Assembly (NCBI GenBank): GCA_963674865.2
Contig: CAXXYE010000004.1
Coordinates: forward strand, 448,001-512,000
Direction: 5' to 3'
Source: Candidatus Hydrogenedentota bacterium
Lineage (GTDB): Bacteria; Hydrogenedentota; Hydrogenedentia; Hydrogenedentales; SLHB01
DNA length: 64,000 bases
The position numbers were made by a program, and so were the translations under genes. Of the stretch, positions 1-8,512 are shown one piece after another. The number at the start of each line of letters is the position of its first letter. Positions within the stretch are counted from its first letter, which is position 1. The notes beneath the pieces were generated by a model. That model was not told the origin of the DNA. It saw only the letters and a list, made by a program, of their open reading frames with translations, and did not search any database.

Positions 1-693
1 ATGCCGGATGGCGGCCCGCTCGAAGATGGAGCGGTCGTCGGTTACCACCATGCCGCCTTCACCGGCTGTCATGATCTTGAATTGCTGTAGGCTGAAGCAG
101 CCCACGTTGCCGATCGAGCCTAGGCGCTTACCTTTGTACGAGCCGCCGCATGCCTGGGCCACATCCTCGATCACGAGCAGGTCGTGTTTTCGTGCTACAG
201 CCATTACGCGATCCATATCGCAGGGGATACCGCGCATGTGGACGGGCATGATCGCCTTCGTCCGCGGGGTGATCTTCTTCTCGATGTCTTCCGGGTCGAT
301 AGTGAGCGACTCGTCGATCTCCGCGATCACCGGCACGGCGCCGCAGATCAACACCGCCGAAGCGGACGCGATGTAGGTGTAGCCGGGAACGATTACCTCG
401 TCCCCATCACCGACGCCGATGCCCACCAGGCCGCAAATCAGAGCCGCTGTTCCACCGCCCACCGCCAGGGCGTATTGGCGCCCCGTCATCTCGCAGAATT
501 TCCGTTCCAGTTCGGTGCAGCGGGAGTTCTCGTGATCGAGAAAGCGGAAGACCTTCTTGTTCCGCAGCACCTCGGTTACGGCTTCGATCTCTTCCTCGCC
601 GATTTCCGCGGGCCCATGCCATCCCGCTGGGAAAGGCCCTGTGGCGATCGGCTGTCCACCATCAATAGCAAGTTTTCCGGCGTCGTGTGTCAT
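1..693 (-). CDS. DegT/DnrJ/EryC1/StrS family PLP-dependent aminotransferase (runs off window start)
   Basis: Manual translation from ATG at 693 (MTHDAGKLAIDGG); motifs KAIMPVHMRG, LLVIEDVAQACG, FSLQQFKIMTAGEGGMVVT. Absent from the ORF track because it is truncated. Confidence 0.9.
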   Translation of the reverse strand, partial: MTHDAGKLAIDGGQPIATGPFPAGWHGPAEIGEEEIEAVTEVLRNKKVFRFLDHENSRCTELERKFCEMTGRQYALAVGGGTAALICGLVGIGVGDGDEVIVPGYTYIASASAVLICGAVPVIAEIDESLTIDPEDIEKKITPRTKAIMPVHMRGIPCDMDRVMAVARKHDLLVIEDVAQACGGSYKGKRLGSIGNVGCFSLQQFKIMTAGEGGMVVTDDRSIFERAAIRH

Positions 694-846
694 CTCGTCT
701 CTCCCAAAGCACCTGGTGTGCGATTAGTCCCGCTCAAATGGAATGCAAGGCTCAGGCAACCAACCGCCGGATCTTACTAAACCGCCTCTGGCGAGTCCAG
801 CGAGTTTTGCGTGGTACAATAGACGAAGAAGATATGGGAGGATGCT

Positions 847-1545
847 ATGGGTGGTCTGTACATTTCCGCGTCCGGCATCGCAAACGCCCTTCGCCGGAAT
901 GATGTGCGAGCCAACAACATCGCTAACATCCGCACACCAGGCTATCGAGCCGCACGGCCTGAGTCTACCGAGACGTCAACCGGCGGGGCGGCCGTCAGCA
1001 GCGTCCACCGCGACGACTCCGCCGGCCCCATCGAATTTACGGGGCAGGCCACCGACGTTGCCGCATCGACGGGCTTCTTTGCCGTGCTGATGGCTGACGG
1101 CTCCCTGGCTTACACACGCGACGGCCGTTTCGGCCTTAATGCAGAAGGCGAAATCGTCACCAGCGATGGGGCGCGCCTCGAGCCTTCTATCCAGGCGCCC
1201 GCCGGCGCGACAGGCGTCACGGTGGCCGGTGACGGCACTGTCCTTGCCACGCTTCCCGGCGGCGGCCCGCAGGTAATCGGGCGCATCGAGGTGTTCCAGT
1301 TCCAGAACGCGGGCGGCTTGGCGGCCATCGGCGGCAACCTCTACCAGGAGACGGCCGCGTCCGGCGTGGCATCGCCCGTCTCGACGGCGGTGCAGTTCTA
1401 TCCGGGCGCTGTTCAACAGTCCAACGTCGATCTCGCGCGGGAGACCGTCGGTGGAATCCTCGATAGGCAGGCCGTCCAGGCCAACGTCAACGCGTTCCGG
1501 GCGCAGGCCGACATCTTGGGCGAACTCATCGACATCACCGCGTAA
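847..1545 (+). CDS. Flagellar basal-body rod FlgG-like protein
   Basis: N-terminal ANNIANIRTPGY, YTRDGRF, GGNLYQETAASG and C-terminal QSNVDLARE motifs of rod/hook proteins; GGAGG-like RBS. Confidence 0.85.
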   Translation: MGGLYISASGIANALRRNDVRANNIANIRTPGYRAARPESTETSTGGAAVSSVHRDDSAGPIEFTGQATDVAASTGFFAVLMADGSLAYTRDGRFGLNAEGEIVTSDGARLEPSIQAPAGATGVTVAGDGTVLATLPGGGPQVIGRIEVFQFQNAGGLAAIGGNLYQETAASGVASPVSTAVQFYPGAVQQSNVDLARETVGGILDRQAVQANVNAFRAQADILGELIDITA

Positions 1546-1619
1546 GACGGCGGGCCGTATTCCGTCTGCGTCATGCGTCGGACAAGAGAGTGGTCTCTTT
1601 GGAATGGCTCTGCCGGATT

Positions 1620-1704
1620 CTCCGTGCGCAACTCGGCGTTCTCGGGAGTTCTGCGTCTAGATTCTCTCAACGCGGAGTCGCAGAGCCCGCGGAGTTCCGC
1701 CGAG
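1620..1704. repeat. Imperfect intergenic inverted repeat of CTCxGCG / CGCxGAG units
   Basis: Left arm ctccgtgcgcaactcggcgttctcgggagttctgcgt is roughly complementary to right arm aacgcggagtcgcagagcccgcggagttccgccgag. Confidence 0.5.
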
Positions 1705-1856
1705 CAGTCTAGTCCTCCTCTGTCTGTCTCAAGTATTACTCGTCGTGATCTGCGCCTTTCTCGGCCGGATTGTCGTTATGCTGCTCTTGCTCTCACGCCA
1801 TTGTCTGCCTTACGCTAGGCGCACATCCGATTAGAGATTGGAGAAGAGAGGCCCCC

Positions 1857-3143
1857 ATGGCGAAGCAACCGAACATTCTCCAGATAACCACCCACGACTC
1901 AGGCCGACACTTCGGCTGTTACGGCCACAGCACGGTACATACGCCGAACATCGACGCCCTGGCCGCCGATGGCGTCCGGATGACGAACTATTTCGCCACT
2001 GTGCCGATCTGTTGCGCGAGCCGAGCCTCGATGTTGACTGGACGCTATCCTCAGAGTCACGGCCTGATGGACCTCTGTTTCGCCCCGTTCAACTGGGCAC
2101 TGAATGATGACGAGCGCCACATCAGTCATATTCTGCATGACGCCGGCTACCGAACGCTCTTGTTCCACATCCAGCACGAAGTTGCGTGGGACGATATCGG
2201 ACGGCTGCCCTTCGACGAGATCCGCGCCCAGGACAGCTCCCCCACGGCCCTCGATACGGCCGAGGAGGTGTGCCGCTTCCTCGAAGCGGAGTCCGGTGGC
2301 GCTGAGCCTTTCTATGCCCAGGTAGGCTTTTTCGAGACGCACACGCCCTTCGATTTCGGGGGCGTCAAGCCGGACACGAGCCTTGGCGTCGAGATTCCAC
2401 CTTACCTGGCCGACGACGCTGTCGCCCGCGATACGATGGCGCAGTTTCAGGCCTCGGTGCGCCGCGCGGATGAGGCCGTGGGGCGCATTGTGGAAGCGCT
2501 GCGCCGGAGCGGACGCGAACACGACACCCTCTTTGTTTTCACGACTGACCACGGTATCGAGGTGCCCCGAGCCAAGTGGACGCTCTACGATCCAGGCATC
2601 GCCATCGCCCTCGTCATGCGCTGCCCGGCCCTCGGCCTTACCGGTGGGATGGCCTGCGATGCGCTGGCGGGCAATGTCGATTACCTGGCCACCGTGCTCG
2701 AACTCGCCGGGCTCGACGTGCCCGACCGCGTCCAGGGCCTCAGCTTTGCCGGCGCGCTGAGAGGCGGAAGAGAGGCGCCGGGCCGCGACGCTGTCTTCGC
2801 CATGTACCACAAGTCGCAAGCCCGGTGCGTCCGCACCCGCCGCCACAAACTCATCCGCTATTTCGACGCCGCCGTGGACTACCATACCGTGCCCGTCCGC
2901 TTTCAAGACGTGCTGATGAAGCGCGGCATCAAGCAAATCGAACTCTTCGACCTCGATAAAGACCCCAACGAATTCGCCAACGTGGCGGGGCAAGACGAGT
3001 ACGCCGACATCCAGCGCAAACTCGATGCCCGCCTTTGGCGGTGGATGGAATCCGTTGACGACGCCCTGCTGCGCGGCCCCATCGCTACCCCCTCATACCG
3101 CGCCGCCATCAGCGATTACCAGGCTTGGAAATCACCGTGTTGA
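1857..3143 (+). CDS. Sulfatase (formylglycine-dependent, S1 family)
   Basis: KQPNILQITTHD, HTPNIDALA, CCASRASMLTGRYP (CxAxR), TTDHG, ELFDLDKDPNEFAN; start set at MAKQP. Confidence 0.92.
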   Translation: MAKQPNILQITTHDSGRHFGCYGHSTVHTPNIDALAADGVRMTNYFATVPICCASRASMLTGRYPQSHGLMDLCFAPFNWALNDDERHISHILHDAGYRTLLFHIQHEVAWDDIGRLPFDEIRAQDSSPTALDTAEEVCRFLEAESGGAEPFYAQVGFFETHTPFDFGGVKPDTSLGVEIPPYLADDAVARDTMAQFQASVRRADEAVGRIVEALRRSGREHDTLFVFTTDHGIEVPRAKWTLYDPGIAIALVMRCPALGLTGGMACDALAGNVDYLATVLELAGLDVPDRVQGLSFAGALRGGREAPGRDAVFAMYHKSQARCVRTRRHKLIRYFDAAVDYHTVPVRFQDVLMKRGIKQIELFDLDKDPNEFANVAGQDEYADIQRKLDARLWRWMESVDDALLRGPIATPSYRAAISDYQAWKSPC

Positions 3144-3185
3144 GAAGGGAAGCACCACAGTAGCCACTGCCTAGGGGATTCTCAC

Positions 3186-3234
3186 CACGAAGTCACCAAG
3201 CCACAAAGACCCTTTGTGCCTTAGAGTCTTCGTG
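3186..3234. repeat. Intergenic palindrome (CACGAAG/CACAAAG type)
   Basis: cacgaag...cacaaag-acc-ctttgtg...cttcgtg nested inverted repeat. Confidence 0.6.
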
Positions 3235-3260
3235 ACGACAAGTGAGTAGCCGCGCCTTTC

Positions 3261-3290
3261 TTGACACATTCTCCGCGTTCCCCCTAGGAT
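3261..3290 (+). promoter_or_regulatory. Putative sigma70 promoter for the OLD-family gene
   Basis: TTGACA (3261-3266), 18-nt spacer, TAGGAT (3285-3290). Confidence 0.5.
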
Positions 3291-3408
3291 AGGGATGATA
3301 GGTCAGGCCGTACTTATCGTCATACGTCGGTGCGCAAGCCCTGGGAACGGGCCGCTGCCTCTGGCGTAAGGAAGGCAGGGCGGCGAAACTGGGGGAGGGG
3401 TATCTCTC

Positions 3409-5286
3409 GTGCCAACACGCTTCATTGACAACATCTGGTTATCCGATATTGAGGAAGGAGCCTACACGTTCGGATCCGGCGGCCCGTTCATGACCAACCT
3501 GGCGAAGGTCAATATCCTCGTCGGCCCGAACAACTCCGGTAAGAGCAAGTTCATGCGAGCTGTGTTCCACACCAATTTCATGGGCCTTCCGGATGCCCAG
3601 TCTCCCGACAGCAGGACATTCGAAGGAAATCGACAAGCCTTGAATCGTTTCTACGCATTGGTGGGAAAAGCTCTTCAGGTAGCAGGACTGCAAGAGCATC
3701 ACAAGAAGTGTTGCCCGCCCCCCTCGCCTGAATGTTTCTCCCATGAAAACTTGCTCAACTGGCTGAACGCGACTCAAGAGATGCTGAAGCAAACAGGGCT
3801 CTGGGATTTCATCCCAGCTACGCAGAAGCAGGCGGTAGAAGACTGCCAGCGTCTTCAAGACGAGGCCCTGGATTCGACAAGAAAGTCAATGCAGATCGAT
3901 CGGGTGGCCAATGACTTTGAGAAGGTCTATATCCCTACCCTTCGTGGTTTGAGAAATCCGCACAAATTGGCCAACGACTCCTCTGCTCAGGAAGAGAATG
4001 ACCTCTACAGAAGCCGTACCATAGACGACTACTTCCGCGGGCACGAGCCTGCCGTGTTCACCGGCCTGAGTCTCTACCGTGAGACCCGCTCTCTTCTTCT
4101 TGACCTCCGCAAGAGCCGAGACACAGTGAGGCGCTTCGAGAGTTTTCTCTCCGGGAGTTTCTTTGACGGGCAAGAGTTGTCAGTCATTCCAAAGGAAGAT
4201 CATGATGTACTCTTTGTCGGTTTGGGCCAGGAGAATGAGTTCCCGATCTACGATCTGGGCGACGGTCTTCAACAGATTATCATCATGACGTTTCCAGTCT
4301 TTGTCCGTGACGGAAGGAAGGTGATGCTTTTTATTGAAGAGCCGGAACTGTACTTGCACCCTGGAATGCAGCGGCAGCTACTTCAGATATTCGCCGCGAC
4401 AGACGGGCCGTTCAAGGACACGCAGGTGTTTATGACGACGCACTCAAACCATTTCCTCGACATGACGCTCGAAATGGAAGACGTGTCCGTCTACCGCTTC
4501 ACGAAGGAACTCCGGGATGGAGAAGGCGAGAGCAGCATCCACTTCCGTATCGATTACACCACGTGTGACAGCCGGGAACTTCTGACGGATCTAGGCGTGC
4601 GGAACTCGTCAGTCTCCCTCACAAACTGCACAATCTGGGTTGAGGGCATCACCGACCGCATGTACATCCGCAAGTTCTTGGAACTCTACCAATCAAGCCT
4701 GCCAGAAGATGAAGCCCGGTACGGAGAGGATGTCCACTTCACGATTGCCGAATATGCCGGCGCCAACATCGACCACTGGTTCTTTGGCGATACAGAACCA
4801 GAATCGGAGGATGAAGCCGAGACAGATGGTTCGCCCATCAAGCCCATTGTCGCCCGCCATCTTTGCGGTCGTGCCCTCGTAATAGCGGACAAAGACGGGG
4901 ATGACAAGGCACAGAGGCACAAGGAGAGAGTCGAGCTCCTTGGAGACTGCTATCGGCCTCTGCAATGTGTGGAGATAGAGAACCTTCTCAGTCCGGACGT
5001 CGTTGTGGGGGCCATCAAGTCGTACCGAACTTGCAGAGACCTCCAGCTCAATACGCCTGGATCAGCAAATGACTACAGTGAGAAACACCTGGGCGCTTAC
5101 ATCGATAATCACATCCTCCCCGAGAACTCACCGCCCACATTCGCTGACCAATCAGGCACTATCAAGAACAAGGTCGGCTTCGCACGCAAGGCATGCAAGC
5201 TGATGACTGCTCCAAGACACCTTTCAGAACCTGCGCGCGCATTGGCCGAGGAGATTTGGGGGTTCATTGCCAAGCACAACGCCTAG
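3409..5286 (+). CDS. OLD-family ATP-dependent nuclease (ABC-type ATPase + TOPRIM)
   Basis: Walker A GPNNSGKS, signature LGDG, Walker B/D-loop IEEPELYLHPG, H-loop TTHS, TOPRIM WVEGITD and DKD, late EIEN motif. Confidence 0.85.
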   Translation: MPTRFIDNIWLSDIEEGAYTFGSGGPFMTNLAKVNILVGPNNSGKSKFMRAVFHTNFMGLPDAQSPDSRTFEGNRQALNRFYALVGKALQVAGLQEHHKKCCPPPSPECFSHENLLNWLNATQEMLKQTGLWDFIPATQKQAVEDCQRLQDEALDSTRKSMQIDRVANDFEKVYIPTLRGLRNPHKLANDSSAQEENDLYRSRTIDDYFRGHEPAVFTGLSLYRETRSLLLDLRKSRDTVRRFESFLSGSFFDGQELSVIPKEDHDVLFVGLGQENEFPIYDLGDGLQQIIIMTFPVFVRDGRKVMLFIEEPELYLHPGMQRQLLQIFAATDGPFKDTQVFMTTHSNHFLDMTLEMEDVSVYRFTKELRDGEGESSIHFRIDYTTCDSRELLTDLGVRNSSVSLTNCTIWVEGITDRMYIRKFLELYQSSLPEDEARYGEDVHFTIAEYAGANIDHWFFGDTEPESEDEAETDGSPIKPIVARHLCGRALVIADKDGDDKAQRHKERVELLGDCYRPLQCVEIENLLSPDVVVGAIKSYRTCRDLQLNTPGSANDYSEKHLGAYIDNHILPENSPPTFADQSGTIKNKVGFARKACKLMTAPRHLSEPARALAEEIWGFIAKHNA

Positions 5287-5333
5287 GAACGTCACTTTCG
5301 ACCTATCGGACTTTCCAGGCATCTCTGAAGAAT

Positions 5334-5385
5334 GGGAGGGACGTGCTCCTGCACGTCCGCGGTCGCGCGGGAGCGCGACCCTCCC
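5334..5385. repeat. REP-like inverted doublet
   Basis: GGGAGGGACGTGCTCCTGCACGTCC + gc + reverse complement of GGGAGGGTCGCGCTCCCGCGCGACC; each unit is a hairpin. Confidence 0.75.
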
Positions 5386-5413
5386 TTGCTTTGCGTCAGA
5401 TGGCTCCGGCGGG

Positions 5414-5932
5414 CTACTGGCCGTTGGCGGCGAAATCGTTGAGGCGTTCCCAGACGAGCTCCGAGACGGAGGTGATCATGCTATCCACGTCGTCGGACAG
5501 GGCCTGCAAGGCGGTGAGGATTTCGCGGGCCTCTTCGATTCCCTGATTGATGGCCCCGCCGATGAAGTCCACGAACGCTTGGCGCGCTTCATCTTCCTCC
5601 AGTTCGGCGTGATTTTCCCGCCAGGCCGAGAACGCCCCGAGCGCGAAGTCGGCGATACGGCCCGCCGTGGCCTCGGCGGAGGTATCGAGGGAGGAGAGGT
5701 CCGTTATGCCGACGGCTTCCGCCGCGTCGGAGACTACCGAGCGCAGCTTCTCGTATGCGCGCTCGACCACCATGTTCATGGCGTCGCTCTCTGTCACGGT
5801 GCTGTTGCCGAACGAGACAACGTCCGTCGGCACGGATGTGGTGTTGCCCTCTTGCTCAGTGGCGGTGGTTTGGCTAGACAGGCTGGAATACAGACTGAGT
5901 TGTGAATCGATGGCGGAAGTGGAGATCACCAT
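5414..5932 (-). CDS. DUF5610-like protein
   Basis: DTSAEATAGRIADFALGAF and GIEEAREILTAL pattern; acidic helical protein; start at MVIST. Confidence 0.65.
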   Translation of the reverse strand: MVISTSAIDSQLSLYSSLSSQTTATEQEGNTTSVPTDVVSFGNSTVTESDAMNMVVERAYEKLRSVVSDAAEAVGITDLSSLDTSAEATAGRIADFALGAFSAWRENHAELEEDEARQAFVDFIGGAINQGIEEAREILTALQALSDDVDSMITSVSELVWERLNDFAANGQ

Positions 5933-5991
5933 AGTCTTACCCTCGTGTTGGGGCATCCCTGCCCCATGGAAACTGGCCGTCGCTATTGGTA

Positions 5992-6020
5992 GTATCGGCA
6001 GGAAAACGGACGGTCTTTAG
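5992..6020 (-). promoter_or_regulatory. Putative sigma28 (FliA/SigD) promoter
   Basis: Minus strand CTAAA-GACCGTCCGTTTTCCT-GCCGATAC (TAAA-N16-GCCGATAC), about 60 nt upstream of the DUF5610-like start. Confidence 0.6.
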
Positions 6021-6050
6021 ACAAAATCCGCGGAAAATGCGCGAAAACGG

Positions 6051-6389
6051 ATGAAAACGTTTGCCATGCCCATTCCAGACGATGAGCTGAACATCAGCTT
6101 CTACAGAAGCTCAGGCCCCGGTGGACAGAAGAAGAATGTGACGGAATCCGCCGTGCGGGTGCGTCATATCCCCACAGGTATCACCGTCGTAGCCACATCA
6201 TCGCGCTCGCAGCACCGCAACAAGGCCATGGCCTTAGCGGAACTTGAGCGCCGCCTTGCCGAGCGTCGCAGGCCTCGGAAAACGCGTAAGCGCACACGGC
6301 CGACTCCGGCCTCACGCCGCCGCCGCCTCGAAGAAAAGCGCCGGCGGGGAGAGATCAAGAACCTGCGAAGGCCGCCCGGCGAGGAGTAG
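6051..6389 (+). CDS. GGQ-motif ribosome rescue factor (ArfB-like / release factor-like)
   Basis: RSSGPGGQ motif, RSQHRNK, basic C-terminal tail RKRTRPTPASRRRRLEEKRRRGEIKNLR. Confidence 0.85.
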   Translation: MKTFAMPIPDDELNISFYRSSGPGGQKKNVTESAVRVRHIPTGITVVATSSRSQHRNKAMALAELERRLAERRRPRKTRKRTRPTPASRRRRLEEKRRRGEIKNLRRPPGEE

Positions 6390-6490
6390 CACGAGGAGAG
6401 GCGTTGATAAGATTATCCAACGGGTGTAACTTGTGAACACTGGGGCATGGGGATTTCCTTGCTCCAAGGCACGGATGGGGAGGCTTGGCC

Positions 6491-7531
6491 ATGACATCAA
6501 GAGAGCGCGTGATGAGCGCGTTCGACCACGTTGAGCCGGATCGCGTGCCGGCATGGTGCGGCGCGTCCGAGGAGTTCTGGGCGAAGGCCAAAGCGGAACT
6601 GGGCCTTGACGATGAGGCCCTACGCGAGCGATTTCACGACGATTTCCGGCGCGTCCATGCTCAGTACATTGGCCCTGAGTTCCCCATTTCACCTGGCGCA
6701 ACCTACCGGACGCCCTTCGGCATCGAACGGCACGGCATGGGCTACGGCCAGCCGCTCAGTCATCCCCTCATGAACGCGTCCCTCGATGAGATCCACGCCT
6801 ATGACTGGCCGGACCCGGCCTGGATGGACCCCTCGGGCATCCGCGCGGATGCGGAGCGCTACGAAGGCCGATACGCCATACTTGGGGGAGATTGGTCGCC
6901 CTTCTGGCATGACTGCATCGACCTGCTCGGCATGGAGAACATGTACGTCAAGATGCTTGAGGAGCCGGAGATCGTCGACGCCGTCAACGGCCACTTGGTG
7001 GATTACTACGCCGCCGTGAGCGAGCGCATTTTCGAAGCCGCGGCCGACGTTATCGATATCTTCTTCATTGGTAATGACTTGGGGAGCCAGAAAGGCCCTT
7101 TGCTCAGCCAGCCTTTGTTCTGCCGCTACATACTGCCGCACATCAAGCGGCTGATCGATCTCGGCCACGACTATAACCTCAAAGTCATGCTGCACTGCTG
7201 CGGCGGCTTCGCGCCGCTCATCCCTTCTCTCGCCGCCGCGGGACTTGACGGCCTCCACGCCATCCAGCCGAGCTGCCACGGCATGGATCTGCGGGCGCTC
7301 AAGACTGCCTTCGGCGACAAGATGCTCTTCAATGGCTGCATCGACTCCCATCACGTGCTCATCGAAGGGGACATGGCCTTCGTCCGCAAGAAGACGCGTG
7401 AGGTAATCGACATTATGAAGCCGGGCGGAGGCTTTGTCGCGGGCGCCAGCCACGACACGATCCTCGAAGAGACGCCCGTCGAGAACGTCCTCGCCATGTT
7501 CGACACCATCGCGGAGTATGGCCTCTACTGA
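6491..7531 (+). CDS. Uroporphyrinogen decarboxylase family (URO-D/MtaA-like) protein
   Basis: MTSRERV...EPDRVP, NDLGSQ, HCCG, KPGGGFV...ETPVENV. Confidence 0.85.
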   Translation: MTSRERVMSAFDHVEPDRVPAWCGASEEFWAKAKAELGLDDEALRERFHDDFRRVHAQYIGPEFPISPGATYRTPFGIERHGMGYGQPLSHPLMNASLDEIHAYDWPDPAWMDPSGIRADAERYEGRYAILGGDWSPFWHDCIDLLGMENMYVKMLEEPEIVDAVNGHLVDYYAAVSERIFEAAADVIDIFFIGNDLGSQKGPLLSQPLFCRYILPHIKRLIDLGHDYNLKVMLHCCGGFAPLIPSLAAAGLDGLHAIQPSCHGMDLRALKTAFGDKMLFNGCIDSHHVLIEGDMAFVRKKTREVIDIMKPGGGFVAGASHDTILEETPVENVLAMFDTIAEYGLY

Positions 7532-7548
7532 GAGTCCTTGGAGGACTG

Positions 7549-8409
7549 ATGATCCGTGCCCTGCAGAGCAGCGCGATCCTACGGGCGCCTATCGCGCTTT
7601 TCAGGGAATTCTGCCTGTTCGGCCTGAAGCAGGCTTTCTGCTGCACCTTTGGAGGGCTGCTTCTCCTTGGGATGCTCGTGAGCAAGCTCTGGTATCCCTT
7701 CCAGTCTGTTCAGCGGTATGACTTCTTGCTCATGTTTGCCATCGCGGTCCAGAGCGCTTTTCTACTTCTCGGTATCGAGTCTGTCAAAGAACTTCTAGCC
7801 ATTGGCGTCTTCGTTATCCTGGCCGTCAGCATGGAAGTTTTCAAGACCTCGGCCCATGTCTACTCGTGGCACTATCCTGAATCGTTTGCTCTCGGCATCG
7901 GCACGGTGCCTCTCTTCGTCGGATTCATGTATGGCGCCGTGGGCAGCTACGTGGCGAGAGCCTGGCGCTCCTTTGATTTCCAGTTCTCGACCTATCCATC
8001 ACCGTGGCCGACGATTATTCTGGCAGGCCTAATATATGTGAACTTCTTCACCCATCACTTCATCTACGACTTTCGCTGGGTGTTGTTGATTGTCGGTGTT
8101 CTCCTCTTCAGCAGATGTATCATGTACTTCAAAGTGGAGCAGGAATACCGGCGCATGCCGCTCATGATTGGGTGGCTCCTAGTGGCAACGTTCATCTGGA
8201 TTGCCGAGAACGTGGGAACCTATGCCGGGATATGGCTCTATCCGTTCCAGGTCGACGGTTGGCGGCCCGTTCCTATCGCCAAATTGACGTCATGGTACCT
8301 GCTGCTCATGGTGAGCTTTGTCCTCGTGTCGCTTGTTTGGCGGCCGTGGCGGTCGACCTTCGATGAGTCCCAACACACCATCAGGGAACCTTACTCGGCC
8401 AACGCGTGA
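7549..8409 (+). CDS. DUF817 family membrane protein
   Basis: RYDFLL, MEVFKT, VPLFVGFMY, YVNFFTHHF, FIWIAENVGT, KLTSWYLL; multiple TM segments. Confidence 0.8.
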   Translation: MIRALQSSAILRAPIALFREFCLFGLKQAFCCTFGGLLLLGMLVSKLWYPFQSVQRYDFLLMFAIAVQSAFLLLGIESVKELLAIGVFVILAVSMEVFKTSAHVYSWHYPESFALGIGTVPLFVGFMYGAVGSYVARAWRSFDFQFSTYPSPWPTIILAGLIYVNFFTHHFIYDFRWVLLIVGVLLFSRCIMYFKVEQEYRRMPLMIGWLLVATFIWIAENVGTYAGIWLYPFQVDGWRPVPIAKLTSWYLLLMVSFVLVSLVWRPWRSTFDESQHTIREPYSANA

Positions 8410-8512
8410 CAGAAATCGGACGAGGCCGGACCGACGGGACTTCACCTGCCGCGTAACCTCGTTAGCGTTTCGAGCAACGTATATGACAAACGAAACGTTA
8501 GGAGATTCCGGC

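Noticed and set aside
2008..2025. Sulfatase CxAxR motif as a sign of inactivity
   Set aside because: CxAxR is a known functional variant of CxPxR.
8453..8481. ECF-type autoregulatory promoter GTAAC...CGTA
   Set aside because: About 20 nt between AAC and CGT, longer than the usual 16-17; not supportable without a motif model.
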